Of a stretch of DNA of 64,000 nucleotides, positions 17,849-30,100 are shown piece by piece; positions within the stretch are counted from its first letter, which is position 1; each line of letters begins with the position of its first letter. A model generated the notes under the pieces. That model searched no databases. It was not told the origin of the DNA and worked only from the letters and a program-made list of their open reading frames with translations. This DNA is from Macrostomum lignano (Eukaryota): the NCBI GenBank assembly GCA_002269645.1, contig NIVC01003499.1:1-64000 (forward strand), in the 5' to 3' direction. Position numbers and translations under genes: made by a program.

Positions 17849-20070
17849 ATGGAGGACGCCAAAGTTCAAGCGATGCGCGCCCACCAGCTGCACCAGCTGA
17901 AGAAGGAGGCCATTGTCTATTATCAATCCAACGGTGTCCCGTTGAAAATGGAGGACGCGCTCAACCAGATGTTCCGCGACCGGCCCGACTGCGTGTTCGG
18001 CTACCTGTCTAATTACTTTGAGCAGCTCGCTCTGCCGCCGGTGCTGAGCGGTGTCCGCTGTCACAAGAGCTTCGACGCTCGCGGCTGGGAGACCCTGGCC
18101 GCCGAGGTGACCTGCCGGCACCGGAACGAAGACCGAGTCGCCGGTAGAAGTCGTGCCTCGCTCCAGGTGACCGTCGGCGAGCACGACAAGCCGGAGGAGC
18201 GCGAAAGGGAAGCTCAGGAGCTTCGCCACCACGTGGAGGCCGCGCTGACTCTGGTGAACGAAGGCCCGTTGAAGCAGTTCGCCGAGCAGGGATTCGATCC
18301 GAGAGATCAGCGCGCCATCGACGAGTTCCTTCTGATGCAGCTGCAGGCCGAGGAGGACCGCGTCAAGGCGGAGCTGCAGCGCGAGCTGGACGAAGCCGGC
18401 GCGGCCTCCGGAGCGGAGGGTTCGGGCGCTGACGAGAACGCGTCGCCGCAGCATCAGCCGGCGGCTGCGGCTGGCGGCAAAGCCGGTGGCAGCGCGAAGA
18501 AACGCGGAGGCGGCAAAGGGGGCAAAGAGGTTCGGATGGGATGCTGGTTTAGGGATATTTTTCCCTGGGACATTTTCAGCTGTGTATAGCAGCGGTAGGG
18601 TAGCCACAGGTAGCGGAAGCTCTCAGTGGTAGTGTAGGGTAGCGGAAGCTTGAGTAGGTAGAGTAGGTAGCGGAAGCTTTGAGTAGGTAGAGTAGGTAGC
18701 GGAAGCTTTGAGTAGGTAGGGTAGGTAGCGGAAGCTTTGAGTAGGTAAAGTAGGAAGCGGAAGTCCAACCTACATGTAAACTCAATCGTCATCCCATACT
18801 CGTACGCTGGTACCAGATCGTCATCGTGCCCGACGAGCCCCGCGAAGGCCTCTTCCCGGGCTGCCTGGCGCTCAGTTGCCTCTCCGCAGCCTGCGCCGCC
18901 GCTGGCGCCAGCGCTGCCGGAGTGCCACTCTATCGACACCTTCGTCAGCAGCTGCTGGCTGACGAGTCCCACAAAGACTGCGCGGACAAAGACTGGCGCC
19001 TGCCGCTGCCGATGCTGACCATTCTGAGCGGCGGCAAGGCCAGCCCCGGCAAGAGCAACTGCGTCAAGGAGTACATGATCGTGCCCAGGCCGGGACTGCC
19101 CTTCGACCGGGTGCTTCGCGACTCGGTCGCCGTCTACCAGCAGGTGGCCAAGACGCTGAGCGTCAAAGGCGGCCCGGCGGCTCGGTTCACCAACGATGCT
19201 GGCGCGTTGAACACCGTCATTGACCGGCCGGAAGCCGGGTTCGACCTCATCAATGACGCGCTGAAGGAGCTGGAACTGACGGACTCGTTCGATCTGGCAG
19301 CGAACATCGCCGGGCACGAGCTGTTCGACTACGAGAAGGGAAAATATGACCTGGCTCAGGGCGCGCAGAAGTCGCCGGACGAGACTGCCGACTTTCTGGA
19401 CGACCTCAGCGCTAAGCAGGCCTCGCTGGTGGCGCTGATCGATCCGTTGAGACGCGTCGAGCGCGACGCCTGGCTGCGGCTGTGCCAGAAGGCCTCGCAA
19501 CGGTGTCTCATCGTTGGTGACGCGACTCAGCATCGGCCGGGAAGGCTGCTAGCTGAGCTGCAGCAGATGGAGGCGGAGGAGGCTGAGACTGAGCAGCCGC
19601 CGGCTGAGGAAGGCACTCAGCAGCAGCAGCAGCAGCAGCAGCCGCTTCTGACCTCTGCCTGGGTCGCTCGGCTGCAGCAGAGGAACACCGTCACGGAGCT
19701 GTTCGACTGCGCCAAGCGGATGCGCAGCTCCGGCCAGGTTGTCGTGGTCGCCGTCGGACCGAGCGACAATGGCGACACGACAATTGTCGATCTGGCGGTT
19801 GCCATGGGCGCCAGGTACCTGAAGCTGGGCGCGCCGGTTCGAGCCGAGCGCATCGACAAGCTGCAGCGGCTGGCGGAGATCGGCGAGGAGCTGCGGGCTG
19901 CCGACCTGCTGAGCCAGTGGGAGCAGCTCAGTCCGCCTCTGGTCAGGCCGCGCGGCTCCGAGACGCCCGAAGGTGAGCAGCAGCCGCCGCAGCAGCAGCA
20001 GCCAGCCTCCGAGCATCAACCTTCGACTACCAAGAGTCGCAAGGGCTCATCGACTGCGTCCAAAGCTTAA
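17849..20070 (+). CDS. ENO4: Enolase 4 (enolase-like, cilia/flagella-associated), 2 exons: 17849-18529, 18817-20070
   Basis: LKKEAIVYYQSNGVPLKMEDALNQMF..P.CVFGYLSNYF, GKASPGKSN, AGHELFDYEKGKYDL, LIDPLRR and DLAVAMGARYLKLGAPVRAERIDK follow ENO4. Phase-0 intron GAG|GTTCGG...TACCAG|ATC. Confidence 0.9.
18590..18765. repeat. ~29-bp minisatellite in the ENO4 intron (GAGTAGGTAGAGTAGGTAGCGGAAGCTTT)
   Basis: Direct inspection. Confidence 0.85.
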
Positions 20071-20199
20071 AGTACAATACGTCGTACTTACAGTATGCAC
20101 ATGTAGTGAACGATGGCTGGAAAACTGACAATACATATAATTAAAGAATGCTTGTTTCCGAACTGTTTATTAGAGACATGAGACTGTGTGCACTTTAAG

Positions 20200-20450
20200 C
20201 GACATTGTCACACAAACCGGCGAGAGGCATTACTGAGCATTCCGCCGACTCCCCTGAGCAGGCACACAAGCGCAAGGATACGTACGCAGTCACACGCACA
20301 GGCACACACTCACGCAGGAGTGTACAGCGGCCCTAACTTTATTTATCGTTAGGCATGTACACCTCACTGTGCCCGGGGGGTGGGGGGTTGGCCCTCAAAG
20401 GCGTTAATTGTACCAAGTTAAATTTCCAATTTAGCCCCATATTAATGAGA
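20200..20450 (-). mobile_element. SINE-like repeat, copy lacking a recognisable tRNA head
   Basis: Shares GCCCTAACTTTA.TTATCGTT.GGCATGTACAC.TCACTGTGCC...TTTAGCCCCA.ATTAATG and CTTTAAGCGACATTG with the 37.5-kb copy. Confidence 0.6.
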
Positions 20451-21194
20451 CGAAATGTGTAAAACATCTTTAAAACCCTCGCGTAAGCACAATTTTTTTC
20501 AGTCTCGCTAAAAAATAGTGCCTATGCTCTTCAAGTCTACTGAACTTTGACTCGGCTCAGTAGCAGCGCTGACCTGTTGTCTTTTCCGTCCACTTTGTTT
20601 CTCAAAATGATCATTTTTGCGTGCGACATGTAGCTTTTTTATTAATAATAAACCAGGCCAGACTGTGATGCTAATTAATATTGTCTTGCACCCGAACAAA
20701 ACTAAAAAATACAGAAGCCTAACGCAAACTAACGCAACAGTAGCCAAAGTTGGTTAACTTGCGCAGTTGGAAAACTGATCGTCTTGGATGTACACCCAGG
20801 CTACGTACATTCTACCCCCGTCCGTATTCGGTTCATTGATCGAAGTGGGGCGAAGATGGTGGAAAAACTTTACTGATAGGAGCTTCTGGTGGTCCGCGTT
20901 TCGTTCAACTTCTGTCTACGAAAACACCTACGCTTCCTCGACTAGGATGCCAATATTGGGATGAAACTCCTCTGGGCGGATTAGTCACACTGAGGACGTA
21001 GCTACGAGTGCAAGTAAAAGCGAAATGCCATTCATGGCGATGCGCCACTGGAAACATTACCTATGTACAGTGCCGCGGCTCCCAAGATCGTAAAAACGGT
21101 TCTATTCCAACCCTTCATCGTGGCTGGGCTTAAGGAGTTCTAAATTCAGATTCTGGATTTGCGCAACTTTTTTTGTCAAACAAATGCATTATTT

Positions 21195-21620
21195 TAGCGG
21201 ACCTCTGACTCTCATTTTAGCGGCCACTGACTGTCACTTTAGCGGCCTCTGACTGTCACTTTAGCGGCCTCTGACTCGCATTTTAGCGGCCACTGACTTT
21301 CACTTCAGCGGCCTCTGACTCTCACTTCAGCGGCCTCTGACTCTCACTTCAGCGGCCTCTGACTCTCACTTCAGCGGCCTCTGACTCTCACTTCAGCGGC
21401 CTCTGACTCTCACTTTAGCGGCCTCTGACTCTCACTTCAGCGGCCTCTGACTCTCACTTTAGCGGGTCTCAGACTTTTACATTAGCGGGTCTCAGACTCT
21501 CACTTTAGCGGGTTCCAGACTCTCACTTTAGCGACCTCTGACTCTCACTTTAGCGGATCTCAGACTCTCACTTTAGTGGCCTCTGACTCTCATTTTAGCG
21601 GCCTCTGACTCTCATTTTAC
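21195..21620. repeat. 22-bp minisatellite (GACTCTCACTTCAGCGGCCTCT)
   Basis: Direct inspection. Confidence 0.95.
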
Positions 21621-22022
21621 CAAATTAATGCTCTAAATTAGAAGCTTTTCATAGAGCAATGCTTACGTTCGAGAATTTAGCAAGCATACAAACGCAATTG
21701 CATTCCAAACTCCAGCTTCTATAATTTAGTACTCCTTCTGCCCCCTACGTCCCACGTCGCGCGCATCCGTCAGTACAGGGACAACCCCCCTCTCCATGGT
21801 CGATTGCGGGAAGGAAGGGAAAGGCTGCACAAGGCCAGGGTTCTGGGAAAGAAGTAAGAGGAGAGGGAGAGAGAGAGGAGCGCCAACTAATTTTTCTTTC
21901 CCAGAGTCAACCCCTTCCTCTCTGGGTCATGGTAGCTCTTATAAGCACCCACTGCCGCTGCTATAACAAACGAAGAAACGCAGACCAAAGCTAGAGAAAC
22001 AGTTATTAAACTTATCGCCATT

Positions 22023-25000
22023 ATGGCTTCCACTAGTAAACTGTTGCTGCTAAGCTTAGCGCTAGCCTCCACTCTGACAATCTTCAATCCGGGATGCTCG
22101 GCTCAAGGTCAAAAAGCCGACGCGCCGCTCTATCCCGTGCTGTGCGACCCGGCACGCGAGGGCTGCATCAAGTCTCCGTTGAATTGTCGCAGCGTCTATC
22201 GCGGCGTCGGCTCTTCAACTATCGACGAGCAGCAGTGCAATTACGTGGCCGCTTGGCGCTACGTCGGCGGCGACCTCGAGGTAGAAATCAGCGGCCAAAT
22301 TGGACTGAACGGCGGCTTCGTCGCTCTCGGATTCTCGCCCGATAAGAAGGCCAGCAGCGGCCTGGCTTTGGCCTGCTTCAAATCCTCCAAGAGTTCCAAC
22401 GTTGCGGTTCAGCTGGCCGCTTACCGATCTGGCGACCTGACTGAGCTTCTCGCGCTGCCCAGCGTCCTGACCGAGGCGGACAGCGTGCCGCACTTTGAGC
22501 CTGATCAACCGCAGGTGGGCGGCTTCTACTACGCCCTGCCCAAGCTGGGCTACTCAGTTATCGAGTGCCGGGCTCGGCTGCGACTGTCGGCGTCGTCTGA
22601 TGCCCGGTTGAACTTTCTGAAACGGCCGAGGGATCCTTCGGTTTGTTTGTTTGTTTTGTTTTTTGTGACAGGCAATGGTATTTGCCGGTCAACTTTGTCC
22701 AAAATTTCCTGCTAAATGTGTTGTTCTTTGGTCCTTATTTCCCAGTTTCTGTTTTCATATTTTTGTCCCTATCCCTGCTACCTGGTAACGGTCCCTGTTG
22801 CCTGTCCTCTCCCCTGTTCCACGTCCCTGCTGCCTGTTCTGTCACATGTTCTCTATCCCTGCTCCCTGTTCCCCGTCCCTGATGCCTGTCCTGTCACATG
22901 TTCTCTATCCCTGCTCCCTGTTCCCCGTCCCTGATGCCTGTCCTGTCACATGTTCTCTATCCCTGCTCCCTGTTCCCCGTCCCTGTTGCCTGCCCTTTCC
23001 AATGTTCCCTATCCCTGCTCCCTGTTCCCTTGTCCCGGTTTCAATTGCTTGTCCCCTGTTTGTTATCCTGCTCACTTGCTCCCTGAACATTGTCTCTGTT
23101 TTATCTACCTGTTTTTTTGTTCCCTGTCTTTATTCCATTACTATAAAAGCCACCTCTAATCGTGCTCAAGGTGTACATGACGGCATCGCTGGGCACGGAG
23201 CCGCCTTCCCCCTCTGGCGAGGGTCTGGACAAGCCGACGTGGACCTACACCACCCCGGCCAGGAAGCTTTCGGTCGTTGGCGTCCGAGCCAGTCAGCCAA
23301 GAAGCGGATTGGCCAAAGCGCACGGCTGTTTCATGATCCTGGCCTGGGTCCTGTGCGCCTCTATCGGCACTTTGATAGCCAGGTACTTGGCGTGCGACTG
23401 ACAGTAGAGCTTCATTGTTTTAAGTAGTGTTTTGCATTATTATGCCTCAGCAGTGGAAGGTCCTATGTCCTTGACCCAAGTCCTACATCCTTGACCCAAG
23501 TCCTACATCCTTGACCCAAGTCTTACCTCCTTGACCCAAGTCCTACATCCTCGACCCAAGTCCTACATCCTTGATCCAGGTCCTACATCCTTGACACAAG
23601 TCCTAAATCCTTGACCAAAGTCCTACATCCTTGACCCAGGTCCTACATCCTTGACCTAAGTCCTACATCCTTGACCCAAGTCCTACATCCTTGACCCAAG
23701 TCCTACATCCTTGATCCAGGTCCTACATCCTTGACACAAGTCCTAAATCCTTGACCAAAGTCCTACATCCTTGACCCAGGTCCTACATCCTTGACCCAAG
23801 TCCTACATCCTTGACCCAAGTCCTACATCCTTGACCCAAGTCCTACATCTTTGACCCAAGTCCTACATCCTTGATCCAAGTCCTAAATCCTTGACCCAAG
23901 TCCTAATCCCTGACCCAAGTCCTGAATCCTTGACCCAAGTCCTAATCCCTGAGACAAGTCCTGAATCCTTTACCCAAGTCCTACATCCTTGATCCCTAGA
24001 CCCAATGCCTACTTCATTAATTTTAAGTCCTACGTTTTCGATGCAAGTCATAAGCTTTTGATCCAAGAACTACGTCCTTGACCCAAGTCCTACGTCCTTG
24101 ATACATGTCCTAGGTCCTTGATATAATTCTTACGTCCTTGATACATGTCATACGTCCTTGATACAATTCCTATGTCCTTGATACAAGTCCTACGTCCTTG
24201 ATACAAGTCCTACGTCCTTGATCCCGATGTATAAATGTATTATAGGCTTATTTATAGCAATTTTTTAATACTATAAATAAAACTGCCAATATAAGTGCCT
24301 GATTTACAAACTTTTTCAATTGGTTTTAGTATCTATTGATTAAAACTGTCCTAATGTTGAATTCCCCCTCCAACCCGAACCCGCAGGTACTACAAGCTGC
24401 AGTGGCCTGGCCGGCTGCTCGGTCGCGAGGCCTTCTGGTTCCAGCTTCACCGCATTCTCATGGGCTTCACCTGCTGCCTGACGCTGCTCAGCTTCATTTT
24501 AATCTTCATCGACCTGCGCGGCTACAGCGGATTAGACAGTTTCCCTGAGCTGCTGCATCCGATCCTCGGCATCATTGTCACGATTCTGACCTTCATGAAC
24601 CCGCTGATCGCTCTGTGCCGCTGCGACCCGAGCCACGAGAACCGGCCCTGCTTCAACTGGATCCACTGGCTAGTGGGCACCATCGCCTACGTGCTCGCCG
24701 TGCTGAATCTCTTCCTTGGCCTCCGACTCGAACGTGCTGGCGATCTCAGCAGCATCAATTATCACATCTGGCTGCTCATCTTCTTTGTGCTCTTCCAGTT
24801 TATTGTCGAAATCATACTGGAAATCCACACCCTGTACCATTGGAAGCGAAACAAGAAGTTGTGGCAGGCCTACAGACTCGAGCTGGAAGAGTACAATACC
24901 GCTAAGACCAACCCGGTGTCGCTGCAGCCTCGGTCTCGACCGCTCGAGCCGCTGCCACGAGGGCGATGCCTTAGGGTGTTCCTGATGTCGCTGCATGGTG

Positions 25001-25053
25001 TTGTAGCCGCAGCCGTGGCCTGCATCCTCTGCATTGTGGTGCTGGCCTACTGA
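22023..25053 (+). CDS. DOMON + cytochrome b561 protein (ferric-chelate reductase FRRS1-like), 3 exons: 22023-22640, 23171-23382, 24387-25053
   Basis: Hydrophobic signal peptide and DOMON-like GFVALGFSPD. The b561 domain has four conserved His (AHGCFM, FQLHRIL, LHPILG, FNWIHWLVG). Splice phases 0 and 2 are consistent. Confidence 0.88.
22790..23060. repeat. ~52-bp pyrimidine-rich tandem repeat in FRRS1-like intron 1
   Basis: Repeated CCTGTTCCCCGTCCCTGATGCCTGTCCTGTCACATGTTCTCTATCCCTGCTC. Confidence 0.8.
23462..24230. repeat. 20-bp minisatellite (TCCTACATCCTTGACCCAAG) in FRRS1-like intron 2
   Basis: Direct inspection. Confidence 0.95.
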
Positions 25054-25104
25054 CGGGCGACCTCGGGACGTTCTGACAAGTGATTGAGCCTGAGGAGTCT
25101 GATA

Positions 25105-25412
25105 GGGAACCTGAGGTGGAGTCTGACAGGTAGCCTGAGGTGGAGTCTGACAGGTAGCCTGAGGTGAAGTCTGACAGGTAGCCTGAGGTGGAGTCTGACA
25201 GGTAGCCTGAGGTGGAGTCTGACAGGTAGCCTGAGGTGGAGTCTGACAGGTAGCCTGAGGTGGAGTCTGACAGGTAGCCTGAGGTGGAGTCTGACAGGTA
25301 GCCTGAGGTGGAGTCTGACAGGGAACCTGAGGTGGAGTCTGACAGGGAACCTGAGGTGGAGTCTGACAGGTAGCCTGAGGTGGAGTCTGACAGGAAGCTT
25401 GAGGTGGGGTCT
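25105..25412. repeat. 24-bp minisatellite (CCTGAGGTGGAGTCTGACAGGTAG)
   Basis: Direct inspection; starts ~50 bp after the FRRS1-like stop codon. Confidence 0.95.
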
Positions 25413-26144
25413 GAAAGTTTGCTTAATCTATTGTAAAAATGAAATTCATTAAAATACCTAGCTAATTAATTAATTACCTTTTCCGACCATTTACAAGCAA
25501 ACTACAAGTTAAAATGTTTTAAATTTTCATTGCAACGGAACCAAAAATGTATTAAAGTACATCTGGAATATTTTTAACAAAATCACTGTAAATTGACAGG
25601 CTTCTGGTTTCTAAAAATGGACTTTACAAGCGTACTTTTCGTTTTTAATTAATGAAATTATTTTATCGAAAAATTTTCATATCAAACTTATTTTCTAATC
25701 GAAAGGACAAAAACTTTTTTAGATACTGCGTTGAATTGCTTCAACTAATTGTTTTTTTGTATTTGCTTTTTTTGCTTTTACGAGTATTTAGAATGTTTTC
25801 GCTTCTCGAATGCCTTACGGAAAGCATTGCTATGTTAGCAGTTTTATACATGATATTTATTTCTTTTATATATCGAACTGTACTGATTCTGGCTTGAGTA
25901 GCCATTGAGAACCAACTGGAATGAGAACAGCGATAGAATTTTGGTACTCATTATCCAGTCCAGTTTTAAACTGTGCTTCTATGCGTTAAAACAAAATATA
26001 TAAACACTTGAACACTTAAGGCAAATATTATTTCGCTCCGTTAAAAAAATACATTGGACGATGTTTAAGCTTCTCTCTAAGAGAATCACATTTATTCACA
26101 CCAGAGAGTCTCAACCTACAAGCGTAGATTCCAAACTCAGATTC

Positions 26145-26950
26145 TCATATTAGATTTCCACCTGAGAGTCTGATCTAAGATTTCCACCTGAGAGTCTCAT
26201 CTTAGATTCCCACCTGAGAGTCTCATCTAAGATTTCCACCTGAGAGTCTCATCTTAGATTCCCACCTGAGAGTCTGATCTAAGATTTCCACCTGAGAGTC
26301 TCATCTTAGATTCCCACCTGAGAGTCTCAACTTAGATTCCCACCTGAGAGTCTCATCTTAGATTCCCACCTGAGAGTCTCATCTTAGATTCCCACCTGAG
26401 AGTCTCATCTTAGATTCCCAACTGAGAGTCTCATCTTAAATTCCCACCTGAGAGTCTCATCTTAGATTCCCAACTGAGAGTCTCATCTTAGATTTCCACC
26501 TGAGAGTCTCATCTTAGATTCCCAACTGAGAGTCTCATCTTAGATTTCCACCTGAGAGTCTCATCTTAGATTCCCAACTGAGAGTCTCAACTTAGATTCC
26601 CACCCGAGAGTCTCATCTTAGATTCCCACCCGAGAGTCTCATCTTAGATTCCCACCCGAGAGTCTCATCTTAGATTCCAACCTGAGAGTCTCATCTTAGA
26701 TTCCCAATTGAGAGTCTTATCTTAGATTCCCACCTGAGAGTCTCAACTTAGATTCCCACCCGAGAGTCTCATCTTAGATTCCAACCTGAGAGTCTCATCT
26801 TAGATTCCCAACTGAGAGTCTCATCTTAGATTCCCACCTGAGAGTCTCATCTTAGATTCCCAACTGAGAGTCTCATCTTAGATTCCCAACTGAGAGTCTC
26901 ATCTTAGATTCCCACCTGAGAGTCTCATCTTAGATTCCCACCTGAGAGTT
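26145..26950. repeat. 26-bp minisatellite (GATTCCCACCTGAGAGTCTCATCTTA)
   Basis: Direct inspection. Confidence 0.95.
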
Positions 26951-27165
26951 TTATTTCAAAGCCCTACAATTAGCAGCTGAGAATCTCATCTATTAAATCT
27001 ATTATTTTTCCTATCCAAGTCTCACGAAAGAGTACCAGTTAGTATTATAAAGTCATTCCTGAGTAATAAGGATAGTTTACATCATAAGATCTAGCTCGTG
27101 TTATACTAGAAATGATACTTATAGCCAATATGGAAAGCGTAGCAATATTTCTTTTCAAATCGAAG

Positions 27166-30100
27166 TCACAACTCCTGTTTGTCCTTTGATGCCTCAGGCT
27201 TTTGATCATGGGCAAAGTTTTGCTCAAACAGCGCCTTCGATTTTCGAGCCAACTCTTGCAATCGGAAGGGTCGCAAATGGTTTGTGAGTTCAACAAACTT
27301 CTCTGTGTCCGTTTGAATCTCCAAAACGCTGACCTGTAAAAAATGATATAGGTTGTTTAGAGGTTTTTTTCATTATTTAAGCTTAGGAAAATCAGCTGTG
27401 ACCATTTTTGGGTTGTTGATGCTCTCCTCTAAGCATTCTGTGGGTTGCTGTTACTCTCCTCTGATCATTCTGTGGGTTGCTGTTACTCTCCTCTGAGCAT
27501 TCTGTGGGTTGCTGTTACTCTTCTCTGATCATTCTGTGGGCTGCTGCTACTCTAATCTGAGCATTCTGTGGGTTGCTGCTACTCTAATCTGATCATTCTG
27601 TGGGTTGCTGTTTCTCTCCTCTGATCATTCTGTGGGCTGCTGCTGCTCTAATCTGAGCATTCTGTGGGCTGCTGCTACTCTAATCTGAGCATTCTGTGGG
27701 TTGCTGCTACTCTAATCTGATCATTCTGTGGGCTGCTGCTACTCTAATCTGAGCATTCTGTGGGCTGCTGTTTCTCTCCTCTGATCATTCTGTGGGCTGC
27801 TGCTACTCTAATCTGAGCATTCTGTGGGTTGCTGCTACTCTAATCTGAGCATTCTGTGGGTTGCTGCTACTCTAATCTGAGCATTCTGTGGGTTGCTGCT
27901 ACTCTAATCTGAGCATTCTGTGGGTTGCTGCTACTCTAATCTGAGCATTCTGTGGGTTGCTGCTACTCTAATCTGAGCATTCTGTGGGCTGCTGCTACTC
28001 TAATCTGAGCATTCTGTGCTACCCGCCTTAAATTGAACAATTCACCAAAACATTTTCACCTGTAATTTGTTGTGCTTTTCCATGGAGAACGTGATCCAAA
28101 GATCGGGCTTCTTCGTTGGTGTTATCTCTGTCACAACTCTTTCAATAAAGAAGTGCTTCTCTTTTCCGTCCAGAACGTACTCTTCATAGACGTCGACAGC
28201 GAACTTAGTAACCTCCCTGTCAGTGCTTTGCACCAAAGCGGCTCTCGAATTCGTGCTCACAACCGGCTCCCCCTGTTCAAGCATCGCCACAAATCCGCTG
28301 TTAGAAGTCCAGTAGCCGAAGGTGCCAGGGCAGAGTGTCACCACAGCAGGTGCGCTGTCTCCAGACATGAGGTAACTGGCCTGTACAGCAGCCCCCATCA
28401 CTGCCCACAAGCCAGCATCCGTGTCTAAGCTGCTGACTTCCGAATCGCTGATCAGACTTTGGCTCAGCTCTCGAACTTCCGGGATGTTAGCAACTGATCC
28501 AAGAATCACCGCCTGACTGATCTTACCGCCCTTTATGACGGGATCATTCTGAACTGTCTGAATTAGTTTTTGCAATCTTAGAAGTTGTGCGGCAATCGCG
28601 GTCTTAAACTGAGACCGAGTTATAAGCTCGTTGAAGTCCTGGTCGTTGTAAATTGACTCGATCTCAACCTGTGCTTCATCGCGTGAGGACAGAGTCCCAA
28701 TTGCCCTCTCAACTTCTCTGCGCAGCTTCTCCATGGCGGATGCATCTTGATGAAGCATTTTCACAAACCGTTTGCCCAATTTTTTCTCTATAGAATTCAG
28801 CAGGTGCTCGACTAGCGACTGGTGAATCTCGTCACCGCCAGCCTCGGTTGAGCAGCTTTGCGCCATCATGCTCACATCACCTTTGCTTGAGAATTCAACT
28901 GCTCCAACTCCAACTGAGGCATCGCCAGCGTTAATCACCAGAATTTGCTTATTCCTTGCCCCGGTAAGAAATTGGTAGGCAACTCCTGCAGCTACAGTGG
29001 CTTCAATGACGACCACTTCGTCTGTGAAACCGGCTATTCTACCTGCGTCTCGAATAGCTCGGAGTCGCGCGTAACCAAGGCAACTCGGTACGCTGATCAC
29101 GGCGCTGGTCACTTTCTCGCCCAGAGTTTCTTCAACCAGCTGGCGTTGTCTTCTCAGCAGCAGTGCCAGAATTTCAACTGGCAACAAAGACTTTTTAAAA
29201 CTGTCAGATTGAAACGTCACCACTGTATCGTTGCTGTCGTTGCGCATCTCGCGGAGCACCGCGTATGGGACGCGTTGAATCTGCCGCTGCACCGGTTCGC
29301 TGTCAAAATTGACGCTGTCCAGCAGTGGTAGTATCGAGTACGCGGTGCCTGTAGGGTTGGCGACTGTCTGGCATTTGGCATCGTCCCCGATCAGCATGCG
29401 ACCATCGGCAGTGAAGGCGACGTAGGCGGGCGTGCGGTGGCTACCCTGGTCGTTCTTCAACAGTTCTACTGTGCCGTTGCGAATGAAGGCGGCTCTGGAA
29501 TCGGTGACGAAGAGAAGAGTAGGGAACTGTAAGGAACTGTAAGAAACTGTAAGGAACTGTAAGGAACTGCAAGGAACTGTAAGGAACTGTAAGAAACTGT
29601 AAGAAACTGTAAGAAACTGTAAGAAACTGTAAGAAACTGTAAGAAACTGTAAGAAACTGTAAGAAACTGTAAGGAACTGTAAGGAACTGTAAGGAACTGT
29701 AAGAAACTGTAAGGAACTGTAAGGAACTGTAAGGAACTGTAAGAAACTGTAAGAAACTGTAAGGAACTGTAAGAAACTGTAAGGAACTGTAAGGAACTGT
29801 AAGGAACTGTAAGGAACTGTAAGGAACTGTAAGGAACTGTAAGGAACTGTAAGGAACTGTAAGGAACTGTAAGGAACTGTAAGGAACTGTAAGAAACTGT
29901 AAGGAACTGTAAGGAACTGTAAGAAACTGTAAGGAACTGTAAGGAACTGTAAGGAACTGTAAGGAACTGTAAGGAACTGTAAGGAACTGTAAGGAACTGC
30001 AAGGAACTGTAAGAAACTGTAAGGAACTGTAAGGAACTGTAAGGAACTGTAAGGAACTGTAAGGAACTGCAAGGAACTGTAAGAAACTGTAAGGAACTGT

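Noticed and set aside
17774-20019. Long antisense ORFs over ENO4 (also over the RNF213-like, GPCR and FRRS1-like exons)
   Set aside because: Expected shadow ORFs of GC-rich coding sequence; no independent homology.
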